In this document: piece after piece, positions 28,301-40,399 of the stretch
Numbering within the stretch: position 1 is the stretch's first letter
Layout of the letters: every line of letters starts with the position of its first letter
Assembly (NCBI RefSeq): GCF_016056295.1
Contig: NZ_JAECZB010000024.1
Span: 46,275 to 110,274 of the forward strand
From: Atlanticothrix silvestris CENA357
GTDB taxonomy: Bacteria > Cyanobacteriota > Cyanobacteriia > Cyanobacteriales > Nostocaceae
Direction: 5' to 3'
DNA: 64,000 nt
The notes under the pieces: model-generated
Told to the model about the DNA's origin: nothing
Database searches by the model: none
What the model saw: only the letters and a program-made list of their open reading frames with translations
Program-made: the position numbers and the translations under genes

Positions 28301-30006
28301 CGTTCACCTAGTTCGACTTTCAAGGACATTACTAACTTTTCCCGTAAGGGATCAATTGCTGGATTTGTCACTTGAGCAAAGCGCTGTTTGAAATAGTCAT
28401 AAAGCAGGTGAGGCTTTTGGGACAGCACAGCTAAAGGAATATCATCCCCCATGCAGAAAGTCGGCTCTTTGCCTTCTATTGCCATTGGATGAATGACCAT
28501 TTCTACATCTTCTGTGGTGTAGCCAAAGGCAATTTGATGGCGGAGTAAGTTTTGTCTGTCAATAGTCAATTGTCCTTTGCCGTTGCCATTACCATTACCA
28601 TTAGCTAATGAAGAATGATTAATGATTAATGAATCTAATTCTTGGCGATATTTTTGCAACCATTCCCCATAAGGCTGCTGCTTGGCGATACGCTGCTTAA
28701 TCTCCCAGTTCTTCAACACTTCATGGCTAACTAAATCCACCGCAATCATTTGCCCTGGGCCAAGTCTGCCTTTTTCCATAATGTTGGCTTCTGGAAAATT
28801 TACTACACCTGCTTCTGAAGCGACCACAATGTAATTATCTTTAGTGATCACGTAACGAGCTGGTCTTAAGCCATTACGATCTAGTGATGCGCCAACTTTT
28901 TTCCCGTCGCTGAATACTAAAAGTGCTGGGCCATCCCACGCTTCTTGCAAACCGCTGTAATATTCGTAAAAATCGACAATTTCTGGATATTTATCTAAAG
29001 ATGGCTGATTCTGGTAAGCCTCTGGAACCATAAACATCAAAGCTTCCAAGGGGCTGCGTCCAGAACGCACTAATAATTCCAGCACATTGTCTAAAGTTGC
29101 TGAGTCACTATTGTCGATGTGGACTAAAGGCTTGAGTTCGTTGATGCGATCGCCCCATACTGGATGATTGAGACTGGCTTCTCGCGCCATCATCCAATTG
29201 ATGTTACCCAGTAAGGTGTTAATTTCGCCATTGTGACCCAAAAGCCGCATCGGCTGAGCTAAAGGCCACTTGGGCATGGTATTGGTACTAAAGCGGCGAT
29301 GATAAACTGCAAATGCACTCTTATAAGCCGGATTTTTTAAATCTTCGTAAAAATCGCCCAATACAGCAGAACGCACCATGCCCTTATAGACGATTGTGCG
29401 GCTTGATAAAGAGCAAACATAAAAGTCTTCTGAAATATCTTTTGCAACTGTACTAATGCGGCGACGGGTAATATACAAATGTCGTTCTAGTTCATCGCCA
29501 CTTTGATCAGCAGCAGCTAAAAAAACTTGTTCTATCTGGGGCTGATTTTCTCTTGCTTGTACTCCTAGTAAATCAGGCTGCACTGGTACTACTCGCCAGC
29601 CCAATACAGTCAATTTTTCTTCCACGGCTACTTGCTCTACAGCGATCCTAGCTCTTTGGGCTAATTCTGGATCTTGCGGTAGAAATATCATCCCTACAGC
29701 TATATTGCTGGGAGATAAGCTTTGAATTTTTACAGGGGAATGATCTTGTTGGAACAACTCCCAAGGGATAGCTGTCAAGATACCTGCACCATCACCAGAA
29801 TCTTGGTCTGCACTACAACCACCCCGGTGTTCCAAGCAAGTCAAAGCATTTAAAGCTTTGATCATAACTTCGTGACTTTCATAATTTTGGCGATGAGCAA
29901 TGAAACCCACACCACAGGCATCTCGTTCATCAACTAACCATCTTTGTCCCTGGTAGGTATCCGAAAATGTCATTGTTTGTAATTGATTCATCGGTTGATC
30001 ATTCAT
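25348..30006 (-). CDS. gltS: Ferredoxin-dependent glutamate synthase (Fd-GOGAT), large single-chain enzyme
   Basis: 1552 aa. N-terminal amidotransferase CGVGFIA (Cys1 after processing). FMN/Fe-S central domain and C-terminal GXGXG domain. Size and domain order match cyanobacterial GlsF/GltS. Confidence 0.95.
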   Translation of the reverse strand: MNDQPMNQLQTMTFSDTYQGQRWLVDERDACGVGFIAHRQNYESHEVMIKALNALTCLEHRGGCSADQDSGDGAGILTAIPWELFQQDHSPVKIQSLSPSNIAVGMIFLPQDPELAQRARIAVEQVAVEEKLTVLGWRVVPVQPDLLGVQARENQPQIEQVFLAAADQSGDELERHLYITRRRISTVAKDISEDFYVCSLSSRTIVYKGMVRSAVLGDFYEDLKNPAYKSAFAVYHRRFSTNTMPKWPLAQPMRLLGHNGEINTLLGNINWMMAREASLNHPVWGDRINELKPLVHIDNSDSATLDNVLELLVRSGRSPLEALMFMVPEAYQNQPSLDKYPEIVDFYEYYSGLQEAWDGPALLVFSDGKKVGASLDRNGLRPARYVITKDNYIVVASEAGVVNFPEANIMEKGRLGPGQMIAVDLVSHEVLKNWEIKQRIAKQQPYGEWLQKYRQELDSLIINHSSLANGNGNGNGKGQLTIDRQNLLRHQIAFGYTTEDVEMVIHPMAIEGKEPTFCMGDDIPLAVLSQKPHLLYDYFKQRFAQVTNPAIDPLREKLVMSLKVELGERGNLLEPKPEYARRLKLESPVLTEAELDAIKLSGFATAELSTLFEIASGPEGLKAAVQSLQAQAAESVRAGAKILILSDSSRQSSALSTEYTYIPPLLAVGAVHHHLIREGLRMKASLIVNTAQCWSTHHFACLIGYGAGAVCPYMALDTVRDWWLDPKTQQFMERGKIAAFSVEQAIGNYRKAVESGLLKILSKMGISLLSSYQAAQIFEAIGIGGDLLELGFRGTASRIGGLSISELAVEVLSFHSKAFPELTTQKLENLGFVQYRRGGEYHMNSPEMAKALHKAVDSKNYDHYEVYKQYLQGRPITALRDLLDFQSDRSPIPVEEVESVVEIVQRFCTGGMSLGALSREAHETLAIAMNRIGGKSNSGEGGEDPVRYKVLDDVDESGHSPTLPHLKGLRNGDTASSVIKQVASGRFGVTPGYLSSAKQIEIKIAQGAKPGEGGQLPGPKVSQYIAMLRRSKPGVTLISPPPHHDIYSIEDLAQLIFDLHQINPKAQVSVKLVAEIGIGTIAAGVAKANADIIQISGHDGGTGASPLSSIKHAGSPWELGLSEVHRVLMQNSLRDRVVLRVDGGFKTGWDVIIGALMGGEEFGFGSIAMIAEGCVMARVCHKNTCPVGVATQKAELRERFNGTPEHVVNFFYFVAEEVRSLLARLGYRSLSEIIGRADLLTVRPEAKLTKTQSLNLNCLLQLPDTKENRGWLVHEEVHSNGVVIDDQLLADPEIQAAIKNQSSVTKSLRIVNTDRTVGARLAGAIASQYGDSGFEGQINLKFTGSVGQSFGAFNLPGMTLTLEGEANDYVGKGMHGGEIIIKPPINATYNPAQNVIVGNTCLYGATGGVLFANGLAGERFAVRNSKGIAVIEGAGDHCCEYMTGGVIVVLGKVGRNVAAGMTGGLAYFLDEDDSFPELVNPEIVKIQRVITEAGEKQLQELIETHAIRTGSPKAKMILQNWQGYLPKFWQLVPPSEASSPEADSKKEQLSTV

Positions 30007-30783
30007 AGCCCATCCCTGAAATAAAGTTGAGTCACAAATTTTGCCACTACTTGTGATGAAAATTCCTAAATTCCGTACTCGAAAAATACATAAAGTTAGC
30101 GAAATTTAGGGAAAAAAAATTTTAACTTCGGTTTTCTTTTTGGTTCACCCGTGTTAAAATAGCTGCGTTATTTTTTTATGTGTTTATGCTGTGTGAGACA
30201 AACTACTTTTGCCCTGTTAGTCTTTTATTTATATCGTGAAGCTAGGTATTTTCTCAATTCTCTATATTCCCAGATGAAAGCTATTTTTGAGGTAGAGCAT
30301 GTTTGATCTTACCTATAACAGAACTCAAACTAAACGCTTTACTATTTTGTAAACCTACAATCATCCTGATTCATCAACAAAATCAGCGTATTACACTAGA
30401 TGGCCATTTGACAATTCCTAAATATTTTTCTTGTCTATATTTTTGCTATTTATTTGTTGCCATCGGTGTTATTACAAACCAAACCTCACTTAAGTACCAA
30501 AAGTAGCAACTATTTGGTGAGGAATAAACAGCTTGATCAAGGTATTATCGCCAAGACTAATATGCATAGTCTGGTAGAAATCTAGTGCTAGTTAAAGCAG
30601 TTACTTAAAGTAGTTTTTATGACCAAGTGCTTGGCTGATCTGCATGAGAGATAACAAGCCAATGTATATAATATCATATTTATTCAAAAGTTAAATCATG
30701 ATTTTTTAAGATTTTCCCATAATGTTAGTTAACCTATTTTTTGGGCGATCGCTTTCAACAGTACCTAGTAAATTAGGGTAAAA

Positions 30784-32832
30784 ATGCCGAATTACTGCTG
30801 CCAACAAGACCACAGTGCTTTTGCAAATCCAGATGATGTCTTCTCTGCGAGACACTGCGCTAACAACAAGCTGCCGATGGGGCGTTTAAGCGGCTTATTT
30901 TGGGCTATTGTGCCGCCAATAATTGCAACAGTTTTGTGTTTATCTACTACTACCCATACTACAAGCGCCCAGCAGCCTCAGACAGATGCTAAACCAACTC
31001 CAGCCAAGACTTCACAATCTTTAGCTGGAAACCAAATTTCTCTCAATGGTCGTACCTTACCAGGGGCTTGGTTACAGCGACCTGGAACAGCAGGTCAGGT
31101 AAAAACTCATATTAGTGATGGGGTACTTAAGCAATTAATTGGGGTAGATTTATTAAGTAGCAATAATCCAGCTAGGCAACCAATAGATTGGTTTTCATCA
31201 ACTAAGCGACCAGTTTTAGCTGCTCAGTTGTTAGAGGGATATCGCTATTTAGATATTACTAATTTTGCTCAAGCAGCAGGTTGGCAAATGCAAGCCAATG
31301 GCAATATTTTGATGATTGCCATCCCCAAAGCACAAATAAAAAACATTCTTCAAAGCCAGCCACCTTCAGACAAAACTGTTGCAACTTTGCAGAGCGATCG
31401 CATCGTTGTAGATTTAGACCGTCCAACTCCTTGGCAAGTGTCACAAGGTTTGCCAATCAAAAGACCTCAAACTCCAACTTTAGATCCGGATACTCCAACC
31501 CCCAAACCCACGGCACCACCGAATAGAAAGTGGACAGTTACCTTAGATGGAATAGCCGATCCCCTCTTGATTCAGCGCTATACTCCCCTGCCACCACCGC
31601 CACCATCACTGCCAGATCTGCTCAAACAACTGCCGCCAGCATTACCAGATCCGGAAGCACTAATTCAACAAGTAGAGGTAGTCAAGAATCAAACAATCAT
31701 TCATTTGAGCGTTCCTTTTGGTTTGTCTCCCCGGATTAGCACTGTAGCTAACCCCAATCGTCTGGTGATTGATATTCGTCCTGATGCCATGTTACCGCGG
31801 GATATTACTTGGGCAACAGGATTACGCTGGCGGCAGCAATTTGTCAATTTAGGCGCAGAACGCTTTCCTGTGGTTTGGTTAGAAGTTAATCCTCGCCAAG
31901 TTGGAATCACATTAAAACCCATTTGGACAAACTCCGATACTCTTACGGGTACTGCACCTCTAATTCAAACAGCACAACGGTATTTAGCAGCGGCAGCAAT
32001 TAATGGTGGTTATTTTAACCGCAATAATAAATTACCCTTGGGTGCAATTCGTCGAGATAATCAGTGGTTGTCAGGTCCTATTCTCAACCGGGGAGCGATC
32101 GCCTGGAATAATTCTGGACAATTTTACTTAGGCCGTCTCACCTTAGAAGAAACTTTAATTGCTCCTAATAATCTGAAATTGCCAATTTTGTTTCTCAACA
32201 GCGGCTATGTACAAAGTGGTATTGCTCGCTATACCCCAGCTTGGGGAGCTACCTACACGCCCTTAACTGACAACGAAACTATTCTTGTAATTCAGAAAAA
32301 CCAAATTATCCAACAGTTACCAGGGGGCAAAGCTAGTGAGGCTGCCGTTCCTATTCCCCCAGATGGTTATATCTTAACTTTACGTGGAAATGCTGCTAAT
32401 ACTGCATCACAATTACCTATTGGCACTACAGTCAGTCTTTCTAGTGCCACTACTCCTGCTGACTTTAACCGCTATCCCTACATTATGGGAGCCGGGCCAC
32501 TATTATTACAAAACAATCAAATTGTCCTTGATGCCAAAAGTGAGAAATTTAGCAACGCCTTTATTGCAGAAAAAGCTATTCGTAGCGGTATTTGCACAAC
32601 TACAACAGGCACATTAATGATTGCTGCGGTGCATAATCGCGCTGGCGGGTCAGGCCCTAGCTTGGCAGAACACGCTCAACTAATGAAGCTTTTAGGCTGT
32701 GTAAATGCCCTAAATTTGGATGGTGGTAGTTCTACCAGTCTTTATCTGGGAGGGCAACTACTCGACCGTTCTCCTAATACTGCTGCTCGTGTCCATAATG
32801 GAATTGGCATTTTCCTGCAACAAAAGCGATAA
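30784..32832 (+). CDS. Secreted phosphodiester glycosidase family protein (NAGPA/DUF2233-like) with Pro-rich linker
   Basis: Signal/TM segment. Pro-rich region (PTPKPTAPP, PLPPPPPSLPDLL). C-terminal LNLDGGSSTSLYLGG motif typical of the phosphodiester-glycosidase domain. Confidence 0.6.
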   Translation: MPNYCCQQDHSAFANPDDVFSARHCANNKLPMGRLSGLFWAIVPPIIATVLCLSTTTHTTSAQQPQTDAKPTPAKTSQSLAGNQISLNGRTLPGAWLQRPGTAGQVKTHISDGVLKQLIGVDLLSSNNPARQPIDWFSSTKRPVLAAQLLEGYRYLDITNFAQAAGWQMQANGNILMIAIPKAQIKNILQSQPPSDKTVATLQSDRIVVDLDRPTPWQVSQGLPIKRPQTPTLDPDTPTPKPTAPPNRKWTVTLDGIADPLLIQRYTPLPPPPPSLPDLLKQLPPALPDPEALIQQVEVVKNQTIIHLSVPFGLSPRISTVANPNRLVIDIRPDAMLPRDITWATGLRWRQQFVNLGAERFPVVWLEVNPRQVGITLKPIWTNSDTLTGTAPLIQTAQRYLAAAAINGGYFNRNNKLPLGAIRRDNQWLSGPILNRGAIAWNNSGQFYLGRLTLEETLIAPNNLKLPILFLNSGYVQSGIARYTPAWGATYTPLTDNETILVIQKNQIIQQLPGGKASEAAVPIPPDGYILTLRGNAANTASQLPIGTTVSLSSATTPADFNRYPYIMGAGPLLLQNNQIVLDAKSEKFSNAFIAEKAIRSGICTTTTGTLMIAAVHNRAGGSGPSLAEHAQLMKLLGCVNALNLDGGSSTSLYLGGQLLDRSPNTAARVHNGIGIFLQQKR

Positions 32833-33092
32833 AAAAGAGGAAAAGCAGCAGAAGAGCAGAGAAAAATAACAATGCCCCATGCCCAATTCTCAATCATTTT
32901 TAAAGTTTAGAATAAGCAGCCATTTTGCTGGATGAAGACTTGATGTAGACGCGATAATTTTAGCAGTAATTCTTTACACTGCAAACTTTGATTTTGCTAT
33001 GTTTAGCAAGGTGGAATTGAATTGCTGCTTTTCACGGTTGCAAGATTGCGCCAGATTTTTCCATCAATGGTTAAGAGGAATGACGGTTTGTT

Positions 33093-33533
33093 ATGTCTCC
33101 AAATGAGGTAACTATGGCTCAATATCAAGAAACCACACAAATTAACACTCTGCCCCTACCCACCGCGATCACTACCAGAGGTGTTGCTGCAACTGAACTA
33201 CGTCCTTGGGGTTCTTTTACTGTTTTAGAAGAAGGGCGTGGATACAAAATCAAGCGCATCGAAGTTAAGCCAGGACATCGCCTTAGCCTACAAATGCATC
33301 ACCACCGCAGCGAACACTGGATTGTCGTCTCTGGTACAGCTAGGGTAACTTGTGGCGAGCAAGAAATTCTGTTGGGCAATAATCAATCAACTTATGTACC
33401 CCAGTGTACGTCTCATCGTCTAGAAAATCCTGGCGTAATTTCCTTGGTGTTGATTGAAGTGCAAAATGGCGAATACTTAGGCGAAGATGATATTATTCGC
33501 TACCAAGACGACTATGCCCGTACTGGAAATTGA
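33093..33533 (+). CDS. Cupin-domain protein (mannose-6-phosphate isomerase type II C-terminal cupin-like)
   Basis: HHHRSEHWIVVSGTARVT cupin motif 1 and a second His-containing motif (TSHRLENPG). Confidence 0.6.
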   Translation: MSPNEVTMAQYQETTQINTLPLPTAITTRGVAATELRPWGSFTVLEEGRGYKIKRIEVKPGHRLSLQMHHHRSEHWIVVSGTARVTCGEQEILLGNNQSTYVPQCTSHRLENPGVISLVLIEVQNGEYLGEDDIIRYQDDYARTGN

Positions 33534-33904
33534 ACCTGATACAGTAGTTACAGGGCTACTGATTGAGGCTAGAAACTAAATATTTTTGTGCAACCCGTTT
33601 GAGCTAATAACTGCATACTAAAATATCCCTGCCTGCTTTCGGTGGGGATATTTAATGCGATGTACTAACTAAACGTGCAACTGTTTACATTATTGCAAAA
33701 CGCACAAAAGCAGCCTGACTAGCATCATTCTACTCATAATTTCTATTTAGGCATGATAGATTTAAATGACTAGAATCTTTGAGGTAAGCGTTTCTCAGTT
33801 ATACATTTAGAACAAAAGAACCCTGCTATTTCAAGACTTTTGGCTTTTATAGCCAAATAATCTGTAATATGTAAGATGGGGTTTTCAATTGCCAAACGAA
33901 TTCC

Positions 33905-34258
33905 ATGATTCATCTAAGTCAAGCAGCTGCAAGTGAAATCGGACGACTAAAGTCCAAGCAGCAATCAAATATCTTGTTTAGATTAGCGGTTAAACCAGGT
34001 GGTTGTTCCGGTTGGTTTTACGATATGTCTTTTGATGAAACGATGAAAATTGGTGATCGCGTTTTTGAATTGAATGGCATTAAAGTAGTCGTAGATGCTG
34101 AAAGCTTAGATTACATCAGCGGTTTGGATTTGGATTACTCAGAGGATTTGATGGGCGGTGGTTTTCGCTTCCATAATCCCCAGGCGATCGCTACTTGTGG
34201 CTGTGGTAATTCCTTTTCCACCACTGAACCAAGCGCTATTGATTCAGGAAAACTTTAA
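33905..34258 (+). CDS. Iron-sulfur cluster insertion protein, IscA/ErpA/HesB family
   Basis: 117 aa. C-terminal CGCGNSF motif and internal Cys in GGCSG context, as in A-type carriers. Confidence 0.8.
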   Translation: MIHLSQAAASEIGRLKSKQQSNILFRLAVKPGGCSGWFYDMSFDETMKIGDRVFELNGIKVVVDAESLDYISGLDLDYSEDLMGGGFRFHNPQAIATCGCGNSFSTTEPSAIDSGKL

Positions 34259-34273
34259 AAATAACATAAAAAT

Positions 34274-34303
34274 TTGACATGTAATTAAAAAAAAAGATAT
34301 AAT
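34274..34303 (+). promoter_or_regulatory. Sigma70-type promoter of the str operon: TTGACA -N18- TATAAT
   Basis: TTGACA at 34274-34279 and TATAAT at 34298-34303, about 50 nt upstream of rpsL. Confidence 0.5.
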
Positions 34304-34353
34304 CAGGATTTGTTAAAACTTAGACCACTAAGCAGCTTCACGCGCTGTAACTC

Positions 34354-34737
34354 ATGCCAACAATACAGCAACTCATACGTAATGAACGCGAGAAAGCGCG
34401 TCAGAAAACCAAGTCCCCAGCTCTGAAGCAATGCCCACAACGTCGGGGCGTTTGTACCAGAGTATATACGACCACACCTAAGAAGCCCAACTCAGCTCTA
34501 CGTAAAGTAGCAAGAGTTAGGCTTACATCTGGATTTGAAGTCACAGCTTACATTCCAGGAATTGGTCACAACCTGCAAGAGCATTCCGTGGTGATGATTC
34601 GTGGGGGTCGGGTTAAGGATTTACCAGGCGTAAGATACCACATTATTCGTGGCACCTTGGATACAGCCGGAGTTAAAGACCGCAAACAAGGACGTTCCAA
34701 GTATGGAACTAAGCGCCCGAAAGAAGCTAAAAAGTAA
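34354..34737 (+). CDS. rpsL: 30S ribosomal protein S12
   Basis: [14 protein letters not shown]... [37 protein letters not shown]: universally conserved S12 sequence. Confidence 0.96.
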   Translation: MPTIQQLIRNEREKARQKTKSPALKQCPQRRGVCTRVYTTTPKKPNSALRKVARVRLTSGFEVTAYIPGIGHNLQEHSVVMIRGGRVKDLPGVRYHIIRGTLDTAGVKDRKQGRSKYGTKRPKEAKK

Positions 34738-34745
34738 GAAATAGG

Positions 34746-34774
34746 CGATTAATCGTGATTAATTACGATTAACC
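34746..34774. repeat. Short tandem heptamer repeat (CGATTAA-type) in the rpsL-rpsG spacer
   Basis: gcgattaatcgtgattaattacgattaacc within a 331-bp rpsL-rpsG intergenic region. Confidence 0.55.
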
Positions 34775-35068
34775 GTCTCTCCAGAAGCCAAAGGGATACA
34801 AAACTAGCTGCGCTGACTTTTATCAATAAATCCAGCTACGCCCTTGAGTTAGTGAGCAAATATCGCTCATTTGAAGTAGCATTTTAATCCAAAATACTAA
34901 GGTTTTAAATGTTGTCACCTTGTGTGCAGTTGGGGGCAGCAAGCTTATAGCTCACCCTAGTTACAACTGTGGAAAAAATTAAGTAAGTCTAGACGTGTGT
35001 CGCCGTCTAGAGATCCAGTGTCTGATAGCATATAATTTCGTTGCCCAATCCACATTAAAGGTTGAAGT

Positions 35069-35539
35069 ATGTCTCGTCGTGGTGTTATTCAAAGGCGTCC
35101 AGTTCCGCCTGACTCTGTGTACAACAGTCGCCTTGTAAGCATGATAATCCGGCGAATAATGCATCATGGGAAGAAATCCCTAGCCGCACGCATTGTTTAT
35201 GATGCTTTAAAAACTATTGAAGAACGCACTGGCAGCGCTGCTTTGGAAACCTTTGAAAGAGCAGTGCGAAATGCTACGCCTTTAGTAGAAGTCAAGGCTC
35301 GCCGAGTTGGTGGGGCAACCTACCAAGTACCAATGGAAGTACGTTCTGATCGGGGTACTACCCTAGCACTACGTTGGTTAGTGCAGTTTTCTAGGTCTAG
35401 ACCAGGCCGCACAATGGCCAGTAAATTAGCTAACGAGTTAATGGATGCAGCCAATGAAACGGGGAATGCAATTCGTAAACGGGAAGAAACACACCGGATG
35501 GCTGAAGCCAACAAAGCCTTTGCACATTATCGTTACTAA
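35069..35539 (+). CDS. rpsG: 30S ribosomal protein S7
   Basis: [25 protein letters not shown]..., conserved S7 sequence, 156 aa. Confidence 0.96.
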   Translation: MSRRGVIQRRPVPPDSVYNSRLVSMIIRRIMHHGKKSLAARIVYDALKTIEERTGSAALETFERAVRNATPLVEVKARRVGGATYQVPMEVRSDRGTTLALRWLVQFSRSRPGRTMASKLANELMDAANETGNAIRKREETHRMAEANKAFAHYRY

Positions 35540-35679
35540 GTGAAAAAGCGATATATCCTAACTTTATAAGCGGTATATCGCGGATTTACAAAAACAAAGA
35601 CGGTTTTCCGTAAAAGTATAGAATCTTAACAAAGAGTAATATACAAGATATCATGAGGCAAAAACTATAGGAGGCTACT

Positions 35680-37758
35680 GTGGCACGTACGATCCCGCTA
35701 GAGAGAGTACGCAACATCGGTATTGCGGCGCATATAGATGCGGGCAAGACAACGACAACCGAGAGAATATTGTTTTACTCTGGCATAATTCATAAAATTG
35801 GCGAAGTTCATGAAGGAACTGCCGTAACCGACTGGATGGAGCAGGAGCGGGAAAGGGGAATTACCATCACTGCTGCTGCTATCAGTACCAGCTGGAAAGA
35901 TCATCAAATTAACATTATCGATACTCCAGGCCACGTTGATTTCACAATTGAAGTTGAACGTTCCATGCGTGTGTTGGATGGTGTAATCGCAGTATTTTGT
36001 TCTGTGGGTGGCGTGCAACCGCAATCAGAGACAGTGTGGCGGCAAGCAGACCGCTACAAAGTGCCTCGAATAGCCTTTATTAACAAAATGGATCGTACAG
36101 GCGCGAACTTTTATAGAGTTCACGATCAAATGCGCGATCGCCTACGGGCTAATGCCGTTGCCATTCAACTGCCAATTGGTAGTGAAACTGAGTTCCTAGG
36201 AATCGTTGATTTAGTGCGTAAGTGTGCCTATATTTACAACAACGACCAGGGAACTGACATTGAAGAAACAGAAATTCCGGCAGAATTGCAAGAAAAGGCA
36301 GCAGAGTACCGCACCAAGCTGATAGAAGCGGTGGCGGAAACTGATGACAATCTAATGGCTAAGTACTTCGAGGGAGAAGAACTTACAGAAGATGAAATCC
36401 GTACTGCCCTTCGTAAAGGTACAACAGCGGGAAAGATTGTACCCGTACTTTGCGGCTCAGCATTCAAAAACAAAGGCGTACAGCTGATGTTGGATGCAGT
36501 CGTAGATTATCTACCTGCACCAACTGAAGTACCACCAATTCAAGGCACACTGCCAAATGGTGAAATTGTGGAGCGTAGGGCTGATGACAACGAACCTTTG
36601 TCAGCTTTGGCATTCAAGATTATGGCTGACCCTTATGGTCGCCTAACCTTCGTTCGTGTCTATTCTGGTGTGCTGAAAAAGGGTAGCTACGTCCTTAACG
36701 CTACCAAGAACAAGAAAGAACGGATTTCTCGTCTAGTGATTTTGAAAGCAGATGAACGACTTGATGTCGATGAAATGCGGGCGGGAGATTTAGGGGCAGC
36801 ATTAGGATTGAAAGACACCTTAACAGGTGACACTATTACTGATGAAGGATCACCAGTAATACTCGAATCTCTATTCATTCCTGAGCCTGTAATCTCAGTG
36901 GCGGTTGAACCCAAAACTAAGAATGACATGGACAAGCTGTCCAAAGCTCTGCAATCTCTCTCAGAAGAAGATCCAACATTCCGCGTCCACGTAGATCCCG
37001 AAACCAACCAAACGGTGATTGCGGGAATGGGAGAACTGCACCTGGAAATTCTGGTAGACCGGATGCTACGGGAATTCAAAGTGGAAGCGAATGTCGGTGC
37101 GCCGCAAGTAGCATACCGCGAAACGATTCGTAAGCATGTCACCAAAATTGAAGGGAAATTCATCCGTCAAAGTGGTGGTAAAGGCCAGTATGGTCACGTT
37201 GTTATTAATTTGGAGCCAGGAGAACCTGGTAGCGGTTTTGAATTTGTTTCCAAGATAGTCGGCGGTACAGTACCCAAAGAGTATATTGGTCCTGCCGAAC
37301 AGGGAATGAAAGAAAGCTGCGAATCCGGCGTTTTAGCTGGTTATCCACTGATTGATGTTAAAGCAACACTGATTGATGGGTCATATCACGATGTAGACTC
37401 TTCAGAAATGGCTTTCAAAATCGCTGGCTCAATGGCGATGAAAGAGGCAGTAATGAAAGCTTCACCAGCCCTCTTAGAGCCTATGATGAAAGTTGAGGTC
37501 GAAGTTCCCGAAAACTTCCTTGGGGATGTCATGGGCGACCTTAATTCCCGTCGTGGGCAAATTGAAGGCATGGGATCTGATGATGGTCTTGCCAAAGTGA
37601 CTGCTAAAGTCCCATTGGCAGAAATGTTTGGCTACGCCACTGATATCCGGTCGAAGACCCAAGGTCGAGGCATCTTCTCTATGGAGTTTAGCCACTACGA
37701 AGAAGTGCCTCGCAACGTGGCTGAGGCAATCATTGCAAAAAGCAAAGGGAACGCTTAA
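35680..37758 (+). CDS. fusA: Elongation factor G
   Basis: [16 protein letters not shown]1 motif, [13 protein letters not shown]. Length 692 aa. Confidence 0.97.
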   Translation: MARTIPLERVRNIGIAAHIDAGKTTTTERILFYSGIIHKIGEVHEGTAVTDWMEQERERGITITAAAISTSWKDHQINIIDTPGHVDFTIEVERSMRVLDGVIAVFCSVGGVQPQSETVWRQADRYKVPRIAFINKMDRTGANFYRVHDQMRDRLRANAVAIQLPIGSETEFLGIVDLVRKCAYIYNNDQGTDIEETEIPAELQEKAAEYRTKLIEAVAETDDNLMAKYFEGEELTEDEIRTALRKGTTAGKIVPVLCGSAFKNKGVQLMLDAVVDYLPAPTEVPPIQGTLPNGEIVERRADDNEPLSALAFKIMADPYGRLTFVRVYSGVLKKGSYVLNATKNKKERISRLVILKADERLDVDEMRAGDLGAALGLKDTLTGDTITDEGSPVILESLFIPEPVISVAVEPKTKNDMDKLSKALQSLSEEDPTFRVHVDPETNQTVIAGMGELHLEILVDRMLREFKVEANVGAPQVAYRETIRKHVTKIEGKFIRQSGGKGQYGHVVINLEPGEPGSGFEFVSKIVGGTVPKEYIGPAEQGMKESCESGVLAGYPLIDVKATLIDGSYHDVDSSEMAFKIAGSMAMKEAVMKASPALLEPMMKVEVEVPENFLGDVMGDLNSRRGQIEGMGSDDGLAKVTAKVPLAEMFGYATDIRSKTQGRGIFSMEFSHYEEVPRNVAEAIIAKSKGNA

Positions 37759-37780
37759 TTAGAAAAGGAAACGAGCATTC

Positions 37781-39010
37781 ATGGCACGCGCAAAATTTGA
37801 AAGGAATAAACCTCACGTTAATATTGGTACGATTGGCCACGTTGATCATGGTAAAACTACGTTAACAGCAGCTATTACCATGACCTTAGCGGCTCTTGGT
37901 CAAGCTATTGGTAAGGGTTACGATCAAATCGATAACGCACCTGAAGAAAAGGCGCGGGGTATTACCATCAATACAGCCCACGTTGAGTATGAAACGACTA
38001 ATCGGCACTATGCTCACGTAGACTGTCCTGGACACGCTGATTATGTGAAGAATATGATTACCGGTGCTGCCCAAATGGATGGTGCAATCCTTGTGGTTTC
38101 TGCCGCCGACGGTCCTATGCCCCAAACTCGCGAACATATCCTGTTGGCAAAGCAGGTAGGTGTACCTAGCCTAGTTGTCTTCTTAAATAAGGAAGACATG
38201 GTAGATGATGCCGAACTACTAGAGTTAGTAGAACTAGAAGTCCGAGAACTTCTGAGTGCCTATGATTTTCCTGGAGACGATATTCCCATCGTCACAGGTT
38301 CTGGCTTGAAAGCACTGGAAAAAATGACTGCTAATGGCAAGACACAGCGGGGAGAAGATGAGTGGGTAGATAAAATCTACGCACTCATGGACGCTGTAGA
38401 TTCCTACATCCCCACCCCCGATCGCGCTGTTGATAAGCCCTTCTTGATGGCTGTAGAAGACGTGTTCTCCATCACAGGCCGCGGTACTGTCGCCACCGGT
38501 CGGATTGAACGGGGTAAGGTGAAAGTCGGCGATACAGTAGAATTAGTGGGTATTAGAGACACTCGCAACACCACTGTCACTGGGATCGAGATGTTTAAGA
38601 AGAGTCTCGATGAAGGTATGGCTGGAGATAACGCAGGTGTGCTACTTCGGGGTATTCAAAAAGCTGACATTGAACGGGGTATGGTAATTGCTAAACCTGG
38701 TTCAATTACACCTCATACTCAATTTGAAGGTGAAGTGTACGTCCTCACTGAGAAAGAAGGCGGTCGGAAAACTCCATTTTTTGCTGGCTATCGTCCCCAG
38801 TTCTACGTGCGGACAACCGATGTAACCGGCACTATCAAAGCCTTCACCTCTGATGATGGCAGTGATGCAGAAATGGTAATGCCAGGCGATCGCATCAAAA
38901 TGACAGTAGAACTGATCAATGCGATCGCAATTGAGCAAGGAATGCGCTTTGCTATTCGTGAAGGTGGCCGCACCATCGGTGCTGGTGTCGTCTCCAAAAT
39001 CTTGAAGTAG
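37781..39010 (+). CDS. tuf: Elongation factor Tu
   Basis: [29 protein letters not shown] motifs. 409 aa. Confidence 0.97.
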   Translation: MARAKFERNKPHVNIGTIGHVDHGKTTLTAAITMTLAALGQAIGKGYDQIDNAPEEKARGITINTAHVEYETTNRHYAHVDCPGHADYVKNMITGAAQMDGAILVVSAADGPMPQTREHILLAKQVGVPSLVVFLNKEDMVDDAELLELVELEVRELLSAYDFPGDDIPIVTGSGLKALEKMTANGKTQRGEDEWVDKIYALMDAVDSYIPTPDRAVDKPFLMAVEDVFSITGRGTVATGRIERGKVKVGDTVELVGIRDTRNTTVTGIEMFKKSLDEGMAGDNAGVLLRGIQKADIERGMVIAKPGSITPHTQFEGEVYVLTEKEGGRKTPFFAGYRPQFYVRTTDVTGTIKAFTSDDGSDAEMVMPGDRIKMTVELINAIAIEQGMRFAIREGGRTIGAGVVSKILK

Positions 39011-39030
39011 CACTTTTTGCCCCGATGACA

Positions 39031-39070
39031 AAGGAGCAGAGACGGTAAAAAGCCTTTCTGCTCCTTTCGC
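39031..39070 (+). terminator. Stem-loop (10-bp perfect stem AAGGAGCAGA/TCTGCTCCTT) between tuf and rpsJ; probable partial terminator/attenuator
   Basis: Direct reading. Followed by a C/T-rich but not pure T tract. Confidence 0.35.
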
Positions 39071-39184
39071 TTCCCTCTATAAAAAAGATTACAGGTTATG
39101 GGAGATAGGCAATAGCTTTTCTGTCTTTACCCCGTAATCTGTACTCTGTAACCTCCTCAATAATCAGAACCTAGAAAATTAAAG

Positions 39185-39502
39185 ATGGCAACTCTACAGC
39201 AGCAGAAGATTAGAATACGTTTACAGGCTTTTGACCGCCGTTTATTAGACACATCTTGCGAGAAGATTGTAGACACGGCTAACCGAACTAACGCTACAGC
39301 TATAGGACCGATTCCTTTACCAACAAAACGCAAAATCTACTGCGTGCTGCGATCGCCTCACGTAGATAAAGATTCGCGGGAACACTTTGAGACCCGTACC
39401 CATCGCCGAATTATTGATATTTATCAGCCTTCGTCTAAAACTATTGATGCTTTGATGAAACTTGATTTACCTTCAGGTGTAGATATTGAAGTCAAACTGT
39501 AA
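39185..39502 (+). CDS. rpsJ: 30S ribosomal protein S10
   Basis: [26 protein letters not shown]... conserved S10 sequence, 105 aa. Confidence 0.95.
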   Translation: MATLQQQKIRIRLQAFDRRLLDTSCEKIVDTANRTNATAIGPIPLPTKRKIYCVLRSPHVDKDSREHFETRTHRRIIDIYQPSSKTIDALMKLDLPSGVDIEVKL

Positions 39503-39560
39503 TAGTCAGTGATCAGTTGTCAGTCGTAGAAAAGCTATTGACTAATAACAACTGACATTT
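39503..39560. repeat. STRR inverted heptamer module (TAGTCAG/TTGTCAG then CAACTGA)
   Basis: tagtcagtgatcagttgtcagtcgtagaaaagctattgactaataacaactgacatt. Confidence 0.75.
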
Positions 39561-39580
39561 CTTAGTATGGATATTTACTT

Positions 39581-39616
39581 AGCCCTGAAGAAATTTCTTT
39601 CAGGGCTTTTTATTGG
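39581..39616 (+). terminator. Rho-independent terminator downstream of rpsJ
   Basis: agccctgaag-aaatttc-tttcagggct (10-bp stem) followed by ttttatt. Confidence 0.65.
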
Positions 39617-39703
39617 CTAGGAAACAAATGATAGAATGTAAACAAAGTACGGGAAAAGCAGAGAAAATAAATTTTTAAAGATTAAATTTATACCAAGGTA
39701 ACA

Positions 39704-40354
39704 ATGACATCTTCTTCTAAAATTGCAGTCCGTGAACTACCTCTGTTCCCGTTACCTGAAGTAGTTCTGTTCCCCACGAGACCATTACCCCTGCACATCT
39801 TTGAATTTCGCTACCGAATCATGATGAACACGATTTTAGAGAGCGATCGCAGGTTTGGAGTATTAATGGTTGATCCAGTTAAAGGTACAATTGCCAATGT
39901 TGGTTGCTGTGCAGAAATTATTCATTACCAACGGCTACCAGATGACCGCATGAAGATGTTGACTTTGGGACAGCAGAGGTTTCGCGTCTTAGAATATGTT
40001 CGTGAAAAGCCTTATCGCGTTGGTTTGGTAGAGTGGCTGGAAGACAATCCCCCGGCTAAAGATTTGCGACCTTTTGCCTCTGAAGTAGAACAACTACTGC
40101 GAGATGTGGTGCGTCTTTCAGCTAAGTTAACAGAACAAAATATTGAATTGCCAGAAGAATTACCTGATCTACCGACAGAGCTATCTTATTGGGTCGCCAG
40201 TAACCTCTATGGTGTAGCCGCAGAGCAACAATCATTATTAGAAATGCAGGATACTGTTGCTCGCTTAGAAAGAGAAGCAGAAATTTTGACTACTACTCGT
40301 AATCACTTAGCAGCTCGTTCTGTCTTGAAAGATACTTTCAATCAGAATTCATGA
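39704..40354 (+). CDS. Stand-alone LON N-terminal substrate-binding domain protein
   Basis: LPLFPLPEVVLFPTRPLPLHIFEFRYRIMM is the hallmark start of the Lon N-terminal (LAN) domain. Protein is only 216 aa, with no AAA+ or protease domain. Confidence 0.7.
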   Translation: MTSSSKIAVRELPLFPLPEVVLFPTRPLPLHIFEFRYRIMMNTILESDRRFGVLMVDPVKGTIANVGCCAEIIHYQRLPDDRMKMLTLGQQRFRVLEYVREKPYRVGLVEWLEDNPPAKDLRPFASEVEQLLRDVVRLSAKLTEQNIELPEELPDLPTELSYWVASNLYGVAAEQQSLLEMQDTVARLEREAEILTTTRNHLAARSVLKDTFNQNS

Positions 40355-40399
40355 CTATCTATTAATCATTAGTCAGAAATTGTAGCATACGACTAGTGA

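Noticed and set aside
30007-30100. Possible NtcA binding site (GTA-N8-TAC) upstream of gltS
   Set aside because: The only candidate, gtactcgaaaaatac, has 9-nt spacing (GTA-N9-TAC) and no appropriately spaced -10 box.
30303-30506. 67-aa ORF in the gltS upstream region
   Set aside because: Low-complexity, Ile/Leu/Phe-rich, with no RBS, lying in an AT-rich promoter region. Likely non-coding.
35698-38997. Multiple antisense ORFs inside fusA and tuf (e.g. 35698..36024, 36687..37163, 37886..38137, 38702..39031 on the minus strand)
   Set aside because: They lie entirely within highly conserved, correctly framed housekeeping genes on the opposite strand, and their products are low-complexity Ser/Arg-rich sequences typical of antisense read-through.
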